64,000 bases of DNA from an uncultured Nitrospinota bacterium (lineage in GTDB: Bacteria; Tectomicrobia; Entotheonellia; J063; CAVPRW01), in contig CAVPRW010000002.1 of assembly GCA_963707985.1 (NCBI GenBank), forward strand, positions 1-64,000, written 5' to 3'. Shown here in pieces: positions 52,009 through 63,452 of the stretch (within the stretch, counting starts at the first letter, position 1; each line of letters begins with the position of its first letter). The notes below the pieces were generated by a model that saw nothing but the letters and a program-made list of their open reading frames with translations, was not told the origin of the DNA and made no database searches. The translations under genes and the position numbers were made by a program.

Positions 52009-55000
52009 CATCGCGATCGCGTTGTTTCCAAGCAGGAGTTGCTGGAGCATTTCTGGCCCCAACAGGTTGTGAGCGAGGCGGCGTTGAAGTCCTGCATCAA
52101 AGCGGTGCGTCGCGCTACTGGCGATACTGGGCAGGCACAGCGGCTCATTGTCACCCTGCATGGTCGGGGCTACCGCTTCGTGGCAGCCGCTGAGGAGCGA
52201 GGCCATGTGCCACCTGATAGTGAGAGGAGGCAGAGCCTATCCCCCCCACAGGCGCTGGAGCGGGAGAGCGGTCCAGACACGCCGAAGCTGACTGCGCGCA
52301 GCCAGGCCGCGGTCCAGGCGTCCCCCGCTCACGACGCGGAGCGCAAGCCGGTGACTGTGCTCTGCGGTGGGCTGGCTGGGCCTATGGCTTCCACGGTGGC
52401 TCTGGACCCCGAAGCGCGGCATCACCGGCTGCAAGCGTTCGTGGCAGCCGCGCAGGCAATTATTCTGCGGTACGGCGGCACTATCACTCAACTGGAAGAG
52501 GATGGTCTCTTGGCGCTCTTCGGGGCACCGCTGGCGCAGGAAGATCATGCCCGGCGAGCCGTGCTGGCAGCCTTAGACCTGCGGCAAACATGGCAGAACA
52601 GTCAGAGAGCTGCCAGTCCTCCCCTGCACGCCTGTATTGGGGTCCACACAGGGCTCGTCGTGGTCGGCGACCTCGGACAGGAGCCCCAGCGCTTCTATAC
52701 TGCAGCCGGTATACACAGTTCACCACCTCATACGGCGGCGTTCAGGCGTGCCAGAGCGCGGTGGACGTGCGTTGAGCCGATTCGTCGGGCGTGAGCGCGA
52801 GCTGGCCCTCCTGCATGAGCGCCTGACCCATGCGAAGAGGGGTCAGGGGCAGGTGGTCGGCATCGCCGGTGAGCCTGGGATCGGTAAGTCACGGCTGCTC
52901 TACGAATTTGCCCAAAGTCTTCGCCGGCAACCCGTGATATACCACGAGGGGCATTGCCTGGCCTATGCTAGTACCACGCCTTATGCGCTCATGCGCAACG
53001 TGCTCCAGCAGCTCTGCAGTCTCGGTGAAGCAGATGCCCCTGAGAACATCGCCGCCAGGATGGACCACTATGTGCGGCAAATGGAGATGGTACCAGAGGA
53101 TGAAGCCCCCATACTCCGACGACTGCTGAACGTATCCGCGGACGTGACGACTCTGGCCCAGTTAAGGCCAGAAATACACAAGGCCCGGACCTTTACGCTG
53201 CTGCATCAGGTGATCCTGGGCGAAAGCCGACGTCAACCCCTCATCCTCGCGGTGGAGAATCTTCATTGGATCGACGCCACATCAGACGAGTGGCTGACCA
53301 TGTTGGTCGAGCGTCTACCTGGTACGGCGATCCTCCTGCTCGCAACCTACCGATCCGGCTATCGTCCCCCATGGCTGGACAAGTCCTATGCCACACAACT
53401 CGCCCTGCCGCACCTAACACCCCGTGAGAGTTTGATGGTGGTGCAGGCGGTAGCCCGCACCACGCCGATTCCAGATCGCCTGTCGCAGGGCATCATCTCG
53501 AGAGCGGCCGGTAACCCCTTTTTTCTGGAGGAGTTGACCCGAAGCGCGAAGGAGGAGGGCCGCCATGGCACAGCGCTGACTATCCCGGATACCATTCAGG
53601 CGATCCTGACCGCGCGCATCGACCAGCTCCCATCTGCTGGGAAGCACTTGCTGCAAACCGCCGCAGTGATCGGCAAGGATGTGCCTTTTCTCCTGCTGCA
53701 AGCTAACAGCGAACCTTCCTGAGGAAGCCTTATCCCAGGACCTCATGCAACTCCGAGCCGCTGAGTTCCTCTACGAGACGAAGCTCTTTCCTGAGCCCGA
53801 ATACAGCTTCATGCACGCGCTGACACACAAGGCGGCCTACGAGAGTCTGCTACAGGAGCGCCGGCGCGCCCTGCACGTCGGCGTCGTCTTAGCTCTCGAA
53901 ACGCTCTATCCCGACCGCCTCGCTGACCACATCGAGCGGCTTGCCGACCATGCCTTCCGAGGCGAGCTGTGGAATAAAGCTGTAGCTTATTTCCAGCAAG
54001 CTGGGGCCAAAGCGGCTTCCCACTCGGCCTACAGGGAAGCGGTGACTTGCTTGGAACGAGCGCTGGTTGCGCTCGGGCATCTCCCTGGGAATTGGGACAT
54101 GCATCAGCAGGCCATTGATCTGCGGTTTGATCTGCACAATGTTCTCTTCCCTCTCGGCGAACACGAGCGCATTTTGCAATACCTACGAGAAGCTGAGGGC
54201 CTCGCCAAGGCCCATGGCGATGAACGCCGATTGGGACGGGTCTTCTCCTACATGACTCGCCGTTTCCTACACATGGCCGACTATGACCAGACCATCGCGT
54301 CAGGCCAGCGTGCGCTGGCTACCGCGGTGACCCTCGGCGATTTTGGCTTACAAATCGCGACAACTTTCTTTCTGGGCCAGGCTTACTACTTCCTCGGCGA
54401 TTATCATCGGGCGGTGGACTGCCTCAGCAGGAATGTGGCGTCACTCAAAGGCGAGCTGTTAGGAGAAAGGTTCGGCCTACACGGCGTTGCCTCCGTGTTC
54501 TCTCGTACCTGGTTGGTCGCGTCACTGGTCGAGTTGGGCCTGTTTTCCGAAGCGATCGCCCATGGAGAGCAGGAAGTCAGGATTGCTGAGTCGATCGACG
54601 ACCCATACAATCTTATCCATGCCAGTTACAGTATGGGCCTTCTATACCTGCGCAAGGGGGATTTCCACCGCGCGATCTCTGTACTTGAACGCGGCCTTGG
54701 ACTCTGCCGGGCTAAGAATATCTCACAGTGGTTCGCACCAGTCGCTTCGGCCTTGGGCTACGCCTGTGCCCTATGCGGGTGGGTCGCGAGAGCCGTTTCT
54801 CTCTTGGAGGAGGCTCTAGAGCAGGCCGCCATCACAAGACAACTATTCCACCATGCGCTCTGGATTGCCTATCTGGGCGAAACCTACCTGCTAGCAGGAC
54901 GAAGGGATGACGCAGCGCAGCTCGCGGCGCAAGCTTTCGATTTATCCTGCCAGCGTTAGGCGCGGGGGCATCAGGCCTGGGCCCTTTGGCTGCTCGGCGA

Positions 55001-55322
55001 AATCCATGCACATCAAGGACCGCCAGAGGTTGAACGGGCTAAGGAGATTTATCGACAAGCCTTAACCCTTGCTGAAGAACTTGCCATGGGTCCACTTCAG
55101 GCCCACTGTCACCTCGGTCTCGGCCTGCTGTCTGCCAGGCTCGGCCGACGGGAACAGGCTCGTATCGGGCTGGCCGCCGCTGTCGAGTTGTATCGCGCCA
55201 TGGATATGACCTTCTGGCCGGATCGGGCCGAAGCCGCTCTTGCTGCTCTTCCCCAGACTGACACTTATTCTCGATCATCAGCACGACTGGCCCCTGGTCG
55301 ATGGCGAGATATTCGGCGGTAA
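52009..55322 (+). pseudogene. wHTH-degenerate cyclase-AAA ATPase-TPR gene, 5'-truncated, internally deleted and frameshifted, with an in-frame TAG at 54957
   Basis: OmpR-type wHTH HRDRVVSKQELLEHFW...GRGYRF; cyclase ends at YTAAG; GEPGIGKS, AGNPFFLEE, YSFMHALT; TPR tail ELYRAMDMTFW. Confidence 0.85.
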
Positions 55323-55533
55323 CCCATTTCTTGTTCCGGTTGAAGGCATCTTTGAAACCGTATGGACCCCGATCGGCGTCCGATAGGCGGTGTATATGTG
55401 CCGCAGGGCCGCCAGCGATTCGTGCGTCGATCTTGACAATCCCTTAGTTCTATGGTAGTGCCATCACGCCTAGCACATCACTACACATGACAGCCATTTC
55501 TCTGCGTGTGAGGAGGAGGCGGGAGGAGCAGTC

Positions 55534-56061
55534 ATGAAGAAATGCTCTGTCAATCCTCCAAAGGCCCATGGGCTGAACCGTCGTGAGGTGCTAAAAGCGG
55601 GTTTGGCGGCCGGCGCCACACTGACCGCCCAGACGTTGTATGGCCCACAAGCGCTTTGGGGCGGGGAAATGGCAACCCCCAAACGCGGCCGCATCCTGCC
55701 TGTGCGGGGGTGGGACCCCGTGCACTTTGATCCCCATCTCACCATTATATGCTGGAGCCCCTGGACCGGGTGGAGGTGGTAGACCGCTATCCCGTGAAGT
55801 TTGTGCTCAAAGGGCCCTTCGTCTGGCTGGTGAATACGCTAGCCTATCCCTGGACCATGTGGATCGTGGCTCCGGGTAGCCCGCAAGCAGATCATCTACG
55901 ACATTTACGACATTCAGTGGTACGCGGCAGAGCAACAGTATTTCGTTTACACGAACGTCTCTGTGATCACCGGATCCTGGGCGCCCCATGTGAAGCATTA
56001 TGCGCCCAACCATAACTTCGACTATGGAAGTCGCGCCGCCGCCCTGTGGCTCGATCGATAG
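55534..56061 (+). pseudogene. Miniaturised group-A SBP gene (two large internal deletions)
   Basis: Keeps Tat leader to DPVHFDPHLTI, then LDRVEVVDRY..MWIVAP, then ARKQII..YAAEQQY..AAALWLDR*. Confidence 0.85.
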
Positions 56062-56121
56062 CGGCTGGCGGCTATGGGAGAGTGGAGGCCTGCATGCGGC
56101 ACTGTCCGCTAAGGAGGAACC

Positions 56122-57669
56122 ATGGTACACAGGTACAGCGTGGGCGTGGCGCTGATCATCGCGGTCGTCGTGGCACTGCTGCTGCCGGTAGCCTGGTCTC
56201 AGCAGCCCAAGGGTGGTGGCACCTTACGGGTTGCGTGGGAGGCGGACGTCACCGGGCTAGATCCACATCTCTCTCCGGGGATCCAGGCCTACTTTGTCGT
56301 GGGCAATCTATTTAATAGCCTGCTCACCATCGATGCCGACCTCAACTATATCCCGGAGCTGGCTGAATCCTGGGATGTCCTGGAAGACGGCAAAGTCTAT
56401 GTGTTCCACCTGCGCCAGGGGGTAAAATTCCACGATGGCACCGACTTCGATGCCGAGGTGGTGCGCTGGAATTATCAACGCATCGTTGACCCTGAGGAGA
56501 AGGCAATCGACATCGGCTTTTACAACATCGTCGAGGCGGTGGAGGTTGTCGATGCGCACACGGTCAAGTTCATCCTCAAGCATCCCAGCGCTACCCTGCT
56601 GCCGGTGATGGCCGCGAATCGCGCGGGATTTTTGCAGATGTCCCCCGCCTCATACAAGCAGTGGGGCAAGGAGAACGTGCGCCTGCATCCGGTGGGGACA
56701 GGACCGTTCAAGCTCGCCCGGTGGGACCAAAACCAGATCATCGTGCTGGAGAAAAACCCCCACTACTTCAAGCCCGGTTTGCCCTATCTGGATCGTATCG
56801 AACTCCGCATCATGAAGGAGGGGGTGACGCGGGTGACGGCATTGCGGGCAGGGGAGGTCGACTTCGCCAATGCGATCCCCCGCGAGCACGTGGATCGTCT
56901 GACCCGAGACGGCAAGATTCAACTCCTCAAGGGCCGGGCGACCCAACGGATCTCCACCCAGTTCAACCAGAAACAGCCGGCCTTCAAAGATCTTCGGGTA
57001 CGGCAGGCGCTGCTGGGGTATGGGATCGACCGGCCGGCCATCGCCAAGACCGCACTCTTGGGGCTGGCAGAGCCACTGTGGAGCTTCGTCCCCTCCGGCA
57101 GCAAGGGACACATCGACTTTGGAGAACTTTATCCCTATAATCCCGACAAGGCGCGAACATTGCTGAAAGAGGCTGGCTATAATGAGCGTAACCCCCTGCG
57201 GTTCACCATGATGACGCACGGTGGAGAGGCGTCGCTTCCCACCATTGCGACCATTTTGAAAACGCAATACGCCAAATTGGGGGTCGAGGTGACAGTAGAG
57301 GTCATCGACCGACCGCTCTTCCTACGGCGGATGAATCAGGACCGTGACTGGGATCAACTGCTCAATTTGACCTCGGCGGCGTTCGATCCCTATTCGCCCA
57401 CGCGCGCCATCGATAGCCGAGCGGGAAGCAATATCATCAACCATGACGACAAGCAGGTGGACGCCTTGATCGATCGTATGAAGGAGTCCGCCACCGAGGA
57501 GGCCTTCTTACAAGCAGGGTATGACTTCCAGCGCTACATCGCGGAGAATATGATGACCACCGGTGTTGTCTCCTTCCCCTTCTTGCAGGCCGCTCGCAAC
57601 GATGTCAAGGGGTATGTGCATTTGCATGGATACAAGATCCGCTTCGAGACGACGTGGCTGGATAAATAA
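56122..57669 (+). CDS. ABC substrate-binding protein, family 5 (group B, Sec signal)
   Basis: Signal peptide; GGTLRVA, PELAESW, LRQGVKFHDGT, PVGTGPFK, FKDLRVRQA, TWLDK. Confidence 0.93.
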   Translation: MVHRYSVGVALIIAVVVALLLPVAWSQQPKGGGTLRVAWEADVTGLDPHLSPGIQAYFVVGNLFNSLLTIDADLNYIPELAESWDVLEDGKVYVFHLRQGVKFHDGTDFDAEVVRWNYQRIVDPEEKAIDIGFYNIVEAVEVVDAHTVKFILKHPSATLLPVMAANRAGFLQMSPASYKQWGKENVRLHPVGTGPFKLARWDQNQIIVLEKNPHYFKPGLPYLDRIELRIMKEGVTRVTALRAGEVDFANAIPREHVDRLTRDGKIQLLKGRATQRISTQFNQKQPAFKDLRVRQALLGYGIDRPAIAKTALLGLAEPLWSFVPSGSKGHIDFGELYPYNPDKARTLLKEAGYNERNPLRFTMMTHGGEASLPTIATILKTQYAKLGVEVTVEVIDRPLFLRRMNQDRDWDQLLNLTSAAFDPYSPTRAIDSRAGSNIINHDDKQVDALIDRMKESATEEAFLQAGYDFQRYIAENMMTTGVVSFPFLQAARNDVKGYVHLHGYKIRFETTWLDK

Positions 57670-57843
57670 GACCGCAAGAAAGGAGGGGACCTGGGATAGG
57701 CGCTATGGCCGGGGAGGGGCGTCGAAGTCCATGTCCTCATCGAGCAAATTATGCTGCTTCGCTATGCGGCAACCACTCACCATCTGGTAACCGGCGTATG
57801 AATTCGTAGGCAAAATCATCTTAGACCCTACCTTCGAGTAGAT

Positions 57844-57894
57844 GTGGAGGTGATGCTCAACTCTCCCGAGTTCTTGGGGGAGATCACCTCCACG
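57844..57894 (+). pseudogene. About 50-bp remnant of a RidA-paralog 3' end
   Basis: Encodes VEVMLNSPEFLGEITST versus VEVMLNSPELLVEITVT of the RidA gene at 5291..5674. Confidence 0.6.
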
Positions 57895-58093
57895 TGGGCG
57901 TGGAGCTCTCACCCATTTCCAGGGAAATAGTGGAATGCGCTGCCCGAGCGAGTGTTGAGACATCATACAGACCTCGTGTGGAGGTCAGAGAGGCCAGTCC
58001 CGATCACTCTTCGGCCGACACCACCCGCGTAGCCAACGCTATCAGGTGGGTCAAATGAACGATACACGTCATAGTGCTTCACTGAAACCATTC

Positions 58094-58438
58094 CATCATG
58101 GCAGCCGCACATCGAGCCGCGAGCCCGTCGTGCGGTCCGTCGATCCAAGCGTCGCAGTGTTTTCCGTGCAATGGGATAGCCGGTTCGGTCGTTCCCACCC
58201 GATGGTCGTCGAGCGCTACAAAGCCTTAGATGGCTACCTCTTTCGCACGGACGAACACGGGGCGATTAGCGTCCGCACCGATGGCCAATTCGTCTGGGGG
58301 GCCCCTTATATCGGCGAGGCAGCGCTGGTCTCCACGCTAGTGACCTACCGCATCACGGAAACACTCGCTCGACCCCGGCCACACCTCGCTAGCACACCAC
58401 TCTATGGCCTGCAACAAGCCATTAAACACTTGACCTGA
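58094..58438 (+). pseudogene. ComEC/Rec2 metallo-beta-lactamase-domain C-terminal remnant
   Basis: HHGSRTSS...V.PSVAVFSV..SRFG.SHP.VVERY...RTDEHGAISVRTDG. Confidence 0.7.
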
Positions 58439-59037
58439 AATATTGTAGTGCAGAGTAGGACAGGCTTGCGAAGCTTGGAAGCCTCAAGTGCTATCAGAGC
58501 GTTCAGCCTTCACGCGATGTTATTCATCGCGCCCAAGTAGATGGAGAACATCTGAGCATGTGGCCAGGATCATTGACTGAACGGCGGAGAATCTAGACTC
58601 GACTCTATCTATTTCCGTAGGGAATAAAATCCGTGGGCTACTTCTTCTTGATACTCCTAGAGATAACTTCTGGGACTTAAGGGGTTTATACGACATTGAA
58701 AAATCCTGGAGATACATAGTAGCCTATGGTCTTTCATTTCGTTACCTGTGGGCTAAATTGAATAAGTCGAGCTAAGCATCTGATTAACTGGCGGGCGATC
58801 TCATGTGCATGTCAAAATGAGAGAGTCAAATCTCAGAATTCAATCATAATGATAGGAACCCAAGAGGGAACATGTCGCAGGTCAGCACTACGCCTCAGAT
58901 TATTATATTTGAAGGCTCAGATGCATAGTGATCCTCAGCGCTGAGACGACGTCCTGCCGTTCCTGTGGGGTTTTATAAACATCGATTCACTATGTCATCA
59001 AGGCTTCTAATAAGTATGCACGATAGAACAATGCTAG

Positions 59038-59077
59038 CATGCGGCCGGGGAGCCTGTCGCGACTCCCCGGCCGCATG
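59038..59077 (-). terminator. 15-bp hairpin downstream of the stress-gene pair
   Basis: CATGCGGCCGGGGAG-N10-CTCCCCGGCCGCATG. Confidence 0.6.
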
Positions 59078-59088
59078 GGCAGGTATAC

Positions 59089-59604
59089 CTACACCCGTGC
59101 CTCGGCCGTATCGGCGATATCCTCTGCCCCGAGCTGCTCAAAAATCTCTTTGGCACGAGCTCGCTCAGTACTATTTTCCGTATGCACGGAAATGAGAATG
59201 TTGCCTTCCTTAATTTTGCCCTCGTAACGCTTGGCTTCATATTCCGGAATACCTAAGCCAATCAAGCCCCCCGCGATACCCCCGAGCGCGGCCCCCGCTG
59301 CGGCCCCGCTGAGTGCCGCCATAATTGGGCCTGCTGCTATGAATGGCCCCAAGCCTGGAATAGCCAAGGCTCCAATCCCTACCAGCCAGCCTAAGGCACC
59401 TCCTAGGAGGCCCCCCGTGCCGGCGCCAGCTGCCGCCCCTTCCGGTGCTTTGGTGTGATGTTCGTGGGCAAAGTCTTTCGTGCCTGTTTTATCCGGAAAC
59501 AGGGCTGAGATATCATTGGCGGAAAAGCCCGCGGCCTTCAGCCGGTCGACAATTCCGATAGCCTGGGCTTCGGTCTGTGCGAGACAAAACACTGCGTGTG
59601 CCAT
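59089..59604 (-). CDS. General stress membrane protein (YflT-like, glycine-zipper)
   Basis: VDRLKAAGFSANDIS, GAGTGGLLGGALG.L.GIGALAIPGLGPFIAAGP, GIPEYEAKRYE. Confidence 0.85.
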   Translation of the reverse strand: MAHAVFCLAQTEAQAIGIVDRLKAAGFSANDISALFPDKTGTKDFAHEHHTKAPEGAAAGAGTGGLLGGALGWLVGIGALAIPGLGPFIAAGPIMAALSGAAAGAALGGIAGGLIGLGIPEYEAKRYEGKIKEGNILISVHTENSTERARAKEIFEQLGAEDIADTAEARV

Positions 59605-59628
59605 ATGACCCTCCTGAGGTGTATAGGG

Positions 59629-60030
59629 TTAGCGTTCTTTAACCTCTAATTGGTTATCGATCCTATCTATCCCCGCAATTTGTTGAGCTTTCGCCTGAAT
59701 TGCCTCTCTCTCCTGGGGACTTTGCACTGGACCCCGAAGCGTGACAACCCCATCTACTGTGATAATCTTGATGTTCTTGGCCATCGTCGAGAGCGAGTCA
59801 TCAGCCACTACTGCTTTCCGAATCTGTTGGGTGAGGGTCCGATCCGTCTCACTCTCAGATTGATCGCCTGGTGTGAGCGTGGAGCCACCGCGGTCCCGGA
59901 CGTTGCGCCCCGTATTGTCGGGGGCCGTCTGCGCCGACGGGGCTGTGGTCCTCTCGGTTGGGTTTGCGATCCCGGCAAACCCGCCCAGGGCGAACAGAGT
60001 TAGGGAGAACAGCACAATAGGGTTTTTCAT
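59629..60030 (-). CDS. Secreted BON-domain (OsmY-like) protein
   Basis: Signal peptide; DNTGRNVRDR, DRTLTQQIRKAVVADDSLS..AKNIKIITVDGVVTLRGPV, IDNQLEV. Confidence 0.9.
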   Translation of the reverse strand: MKNPIVLFSLTLFALGGFAGIANPTERTTAPSAQTAPDNTGRNVRDRGGSTLTPGDQSESETDRTLTQQIRKAVVADDSLSTMAKNIKIITVDGVVTLRGPVQSPQEREAIQAKAQQIAGIDRIDNQLEVKER

Positions 60031-60944
60031 AGTGGTTCCTCCATCTAGTATAGGTAAAGCTGCCGAAAGACTTATGGATTTCGGCAATATCTGTGCCAAG
60101 CAGACTCGGAAAGAGTTGCACGGCTTCCAGCTTGTCACAGAGCATGACTTTTAATGAGCATTCCAGTTCATAAATAGCGATACATGGAGAGAATAAGCCT
60201 CTTGCGGGCTTGTGCCCTCTGGGGGACCCGACACCAATTCATCGAGTCTCAAGGTCCACTGCCATGGGGAGTCATTCCCTTGCTACCACAAGGGCAGAAC
60301 CCGATCTCGGGGGACCAGCCTCGCCACAGCCCCGACGAATTCTTCCGTGCCAGCGCGGTGCGCGTGCAAGCCATCCCCTTTCACTGCAGTAGCACCTGCA
60401 CCGTGGTCCGTCGGGTCTTGCATCCAGGTTTCCTCGACCTCCTGGAGAGGCATGCCACACCACAGGCCTGGGGCTTCATGGGCATGTCAATGATGATAGG
60501 GTGCAACGGGGTATATTCACCCTCAGTCAGGGAGATAACGAGAGTTGACGATTTCAGTTTTTGCGCGTCACTTTCATGGCTTCGACTTGTATGGCATGGG
60601 AGACATAGTTTTTGGGGGATCCACTGTACTGCTCAGGCTCATGGCATGAAGCTTGCTTATATGAGCTGAAAGCCTAGCTTGGGAGCTCTTTCACACGAGC
60701 TTGTAGCCCTCGTTGTGAACTCCACCGATCCCCCTAGGAAGGATGATCTCGTGATGCTGCTTGATTGATGCCATGGTGGGAAGGCCTTCGCGCATCCACC
60801 GCCTCGGCAGCAAGTCTACAGACTACGTACACCGACAATCAACGGCTTTGAGCACTTTCTACGCGAGATAGTAAGTCTAGAGATAAATACTCCTGATGGG
60901 GGTCAACCCTTACCTAAGAGAAACCATACAAGGAGGTGAGAGGA

Positions 60945-61172
60945 ATGAAACGACTTTTCGTGCTCTTTCTCATCGTTACCCTCCTGGCGACGACGGGGTG
61001 TGCCGGTATGTCCGCGCGTCAGCAACGGACGCTCAGCGGCGGGGCCATTGGCGCTGCGGGAGGCGCCGCCGTGGGAGCTGTGACTGGGGGGAGTCCAGCA
61101 ATAGGTGCTGGCGTCGGTGGCGCCGCAGGCGCAGCCACTGGCTACTTCTGGGATCGCCTCTTTGGGAAGTAA
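60945..61172 (+). CDS. Small glycine-zipper lipoprotein (OsmB-like)
   Basis: Lipobox TTGC; GGAIGAAGGAAVGAVTGG..GAGVGGAAG; RBS AAGGAGG. Confidence 0.85.
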   Translation: MKRLFVLFLIVTLLATTGCAGMSARQQRTLSGGAIGAAGGAAVGAVTGGSPAIGAGVGGAAGAATGYFWDRLFGK

Positions 61173-61554
61173 ATCAAGCGCAGTCAGGTAGGATGTCCGA
61201 TGTGCAGGCTATATGTATGCAGGTAACTCCGAAGGCCTCACAGGAGAAGTCTGACAGATCGAGGGAGGCTCATGGTACGAGCTTTGGTGGAGTCGCGAGT
61301 GCTGTCTCAAAAGGGAGGAGGATGGATTGGCGAGGCATGCTTAAAGAGGATCTATGCTCTCATCGTGAGAAGCACCGTGTCGTCAGGTGTCTAGGATTGA
61401 ACTGTCCTCCTGATCAGCGCTTAAACGAAAAGTCGTGAGGCTAGTGGCCTGGCTGCTGGCGAGCTTGGCGTGACTATGCCGCAATATTACTAGGCAACTG
61501 CACTATAACGCCGCAAACTGGGCTACCCTCCGTCAGGAAGCCCCTATTCTCCCC

Positions 61555-63326
61555 TACCAACCAGGGATCGCCACCTTAGCGGCGGGAGCACTCTCCCCTC
61601 TGGCGGCCCTCGTCCTTGTCGTCGTGACTCTCTGCGGGGCGCTCCCATCTACCGGTACGTCGCGGCTGAAAGCCCGCATGGAGAAGGGTCGATCGCCATG
61701 CTCGAGCATCTCCTCTTCTGGTGGCAGGGCAAGCTGTTTGTCCTCTGCCTGTTGGGCTTCGTGGTGACCGATTTCATCATCACCATCACCCTCTCAGCCG
61801 CTGATTCCACAGCCCATATCCCCGAAAATCCACTTGTGCAAGCGTACTTCCAGCCGCGTCCAGTCGGCCTGACCCTAGTGCAAGTGGCACTACTGGGCGC
61901 TGTCTTCCTGAAAGGGTTTACGGAAGCGATTGGGCTCGCCGTGTGCCTCGTCGGCATTTACCTCCTCTTCAATCTCGTCGTGATCGGCGTCCGCTTCTAC
62001 TATCTCGTGACCGACCTCTCCCTACTGACCGAGTGGCAGAATGCGCTCTGGGTAGGCCATGGCAGCCCCTTGATAATGGTCGGGCTGGCGCTGTGGCTCT
62101 TCCCGAAGTTAGCCTTGGGGTTGGTCGGGGTTCGAGACTGGCGTGACGGTGATGCCCCTCGTGCGCGGCGATCCAGGAGATAGTCCTGCGCACCCCTGCG
62201 GCCGTATCCGTAACACCCGCAAGCTCCTCACCACGGCCGCCCTGATCATGAGCGTGTTCCTATTGGCGAGTAGCCTCATCACGACGGTGTTGATCCCCCC
62301 AGAAGAATTCACCGAGGGGGGAAAGCGACTGGACGTGCTCTAGCGTATCTAGCGCACGTCATGCTGGGCCACGGCTTCGGTACCGCCTATGACCTGAGCA
62401 CGATTCTGATCTTGTGGTTCGCTGGGGCGTTGGCCATGGCGGGGCTCTTGAACATTGTGCCTCGCTACTTGCCGCGCTATGGCATGGCACCGAGCTGGGC
62501 GCGGGCCGCGCGCCCACTGGTGCTGGTCTACACTGCCGTTGCCGGTGTCATCACGGCCATCTTCGAGGCCAACGTCGAGGCGCAGGGCGGTGCATATGCC
62601 ACTGGCGTGCTGGTGCTGATGAGCTCAGCGGCCCTGGCGGTGACGTTATCTGTCCGGCGTCGGGGCTCGGGATGGGGGGTGATGGCCTTCGGAGCGATCA
62701 CTGGGGTATTCATCTATACGACCACAGTGAACATCATTGAGCGGCCTGAAGGCATCAAGTTTGCTCCCTTCTTCATTGGCAGTATTATTCTGACTTCACT
62801 GATCTCCAGGGTATAGCGTTCCACGGAAGTGCGCATCAAGCAAGCTGACCTCGATGCTACTGCGCAGCGGTTGATTGCCGATGCGAGCCGAGGGGAAATA
62901 CGTGTAACTGCGAACCAGCTCGATGCAGGTGATGCGCGCGAGTACTTCCTGAAGGAGCAGGAGGTGTGGGAGGACACTCACCTCCCACCTGGAGAGCCGG
63001 TCCTCTTTTTCGAGGTCACCGTGGGCGACGCTTCGGAGTTTGAAGACATCCTGAAGGTGAGGGGGGTGGAGGCGGATGGCTACCGCGTGCTGCGGGCCGA
63101 AAGCGCAGCAGTGCCGAACGCCATTGCCGCCTTTCTGCTCTACCTGCGCGACCAGACCGGTGAGATCCCAGATGTCTACTTCGGGTGGACCGAAGGGAAT
63201 CCGATCCGCTATCTTCTGCGCTTCATCCTGTTCGGGGAGGGCAATATCGCGCCAGTCACCAGAGAGGTGCTGCGTCAGGCCGAGCCGGACCCCGAGCGGC
63301 GACCAGTCGTCCACGTCGGCGGCTGA
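61555..63326 (+). pseudogene. APC-like amino-acid transporter, 5'-truncated, frameshifted, in-frame TAG at 62814
   Basis: [89 protein letters not shown]. Confidence 0.8.
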
Positions 63327-63452
63327 CCACTATGCTCCCCGAGATGCCCCTGGTGGAGGCCAGCGAGACCACGCCTAGACACTATGGGGTGGGTCTGACG
63401 TCCGGGCGTACCGCAGTGGTGACGACTTTGACGACGTTGAGGAACATGGCGG

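Noticed and set aside
54957..54959. In-frame TAG in the TPR region (also 62814) as possible pyrrolysine or readthrough
   Set aside because: Both genes have other lesions, the positions are not catalytic, and no pyl genes are seen; treated as nonsense mutations.
60680..60810. Imperfect hairpins upstream of the lipoprotein gene as a riboswitch or ncRNA
   Set aside because: No recognisable family consensus; an Rfam/Infernal search would be needed.
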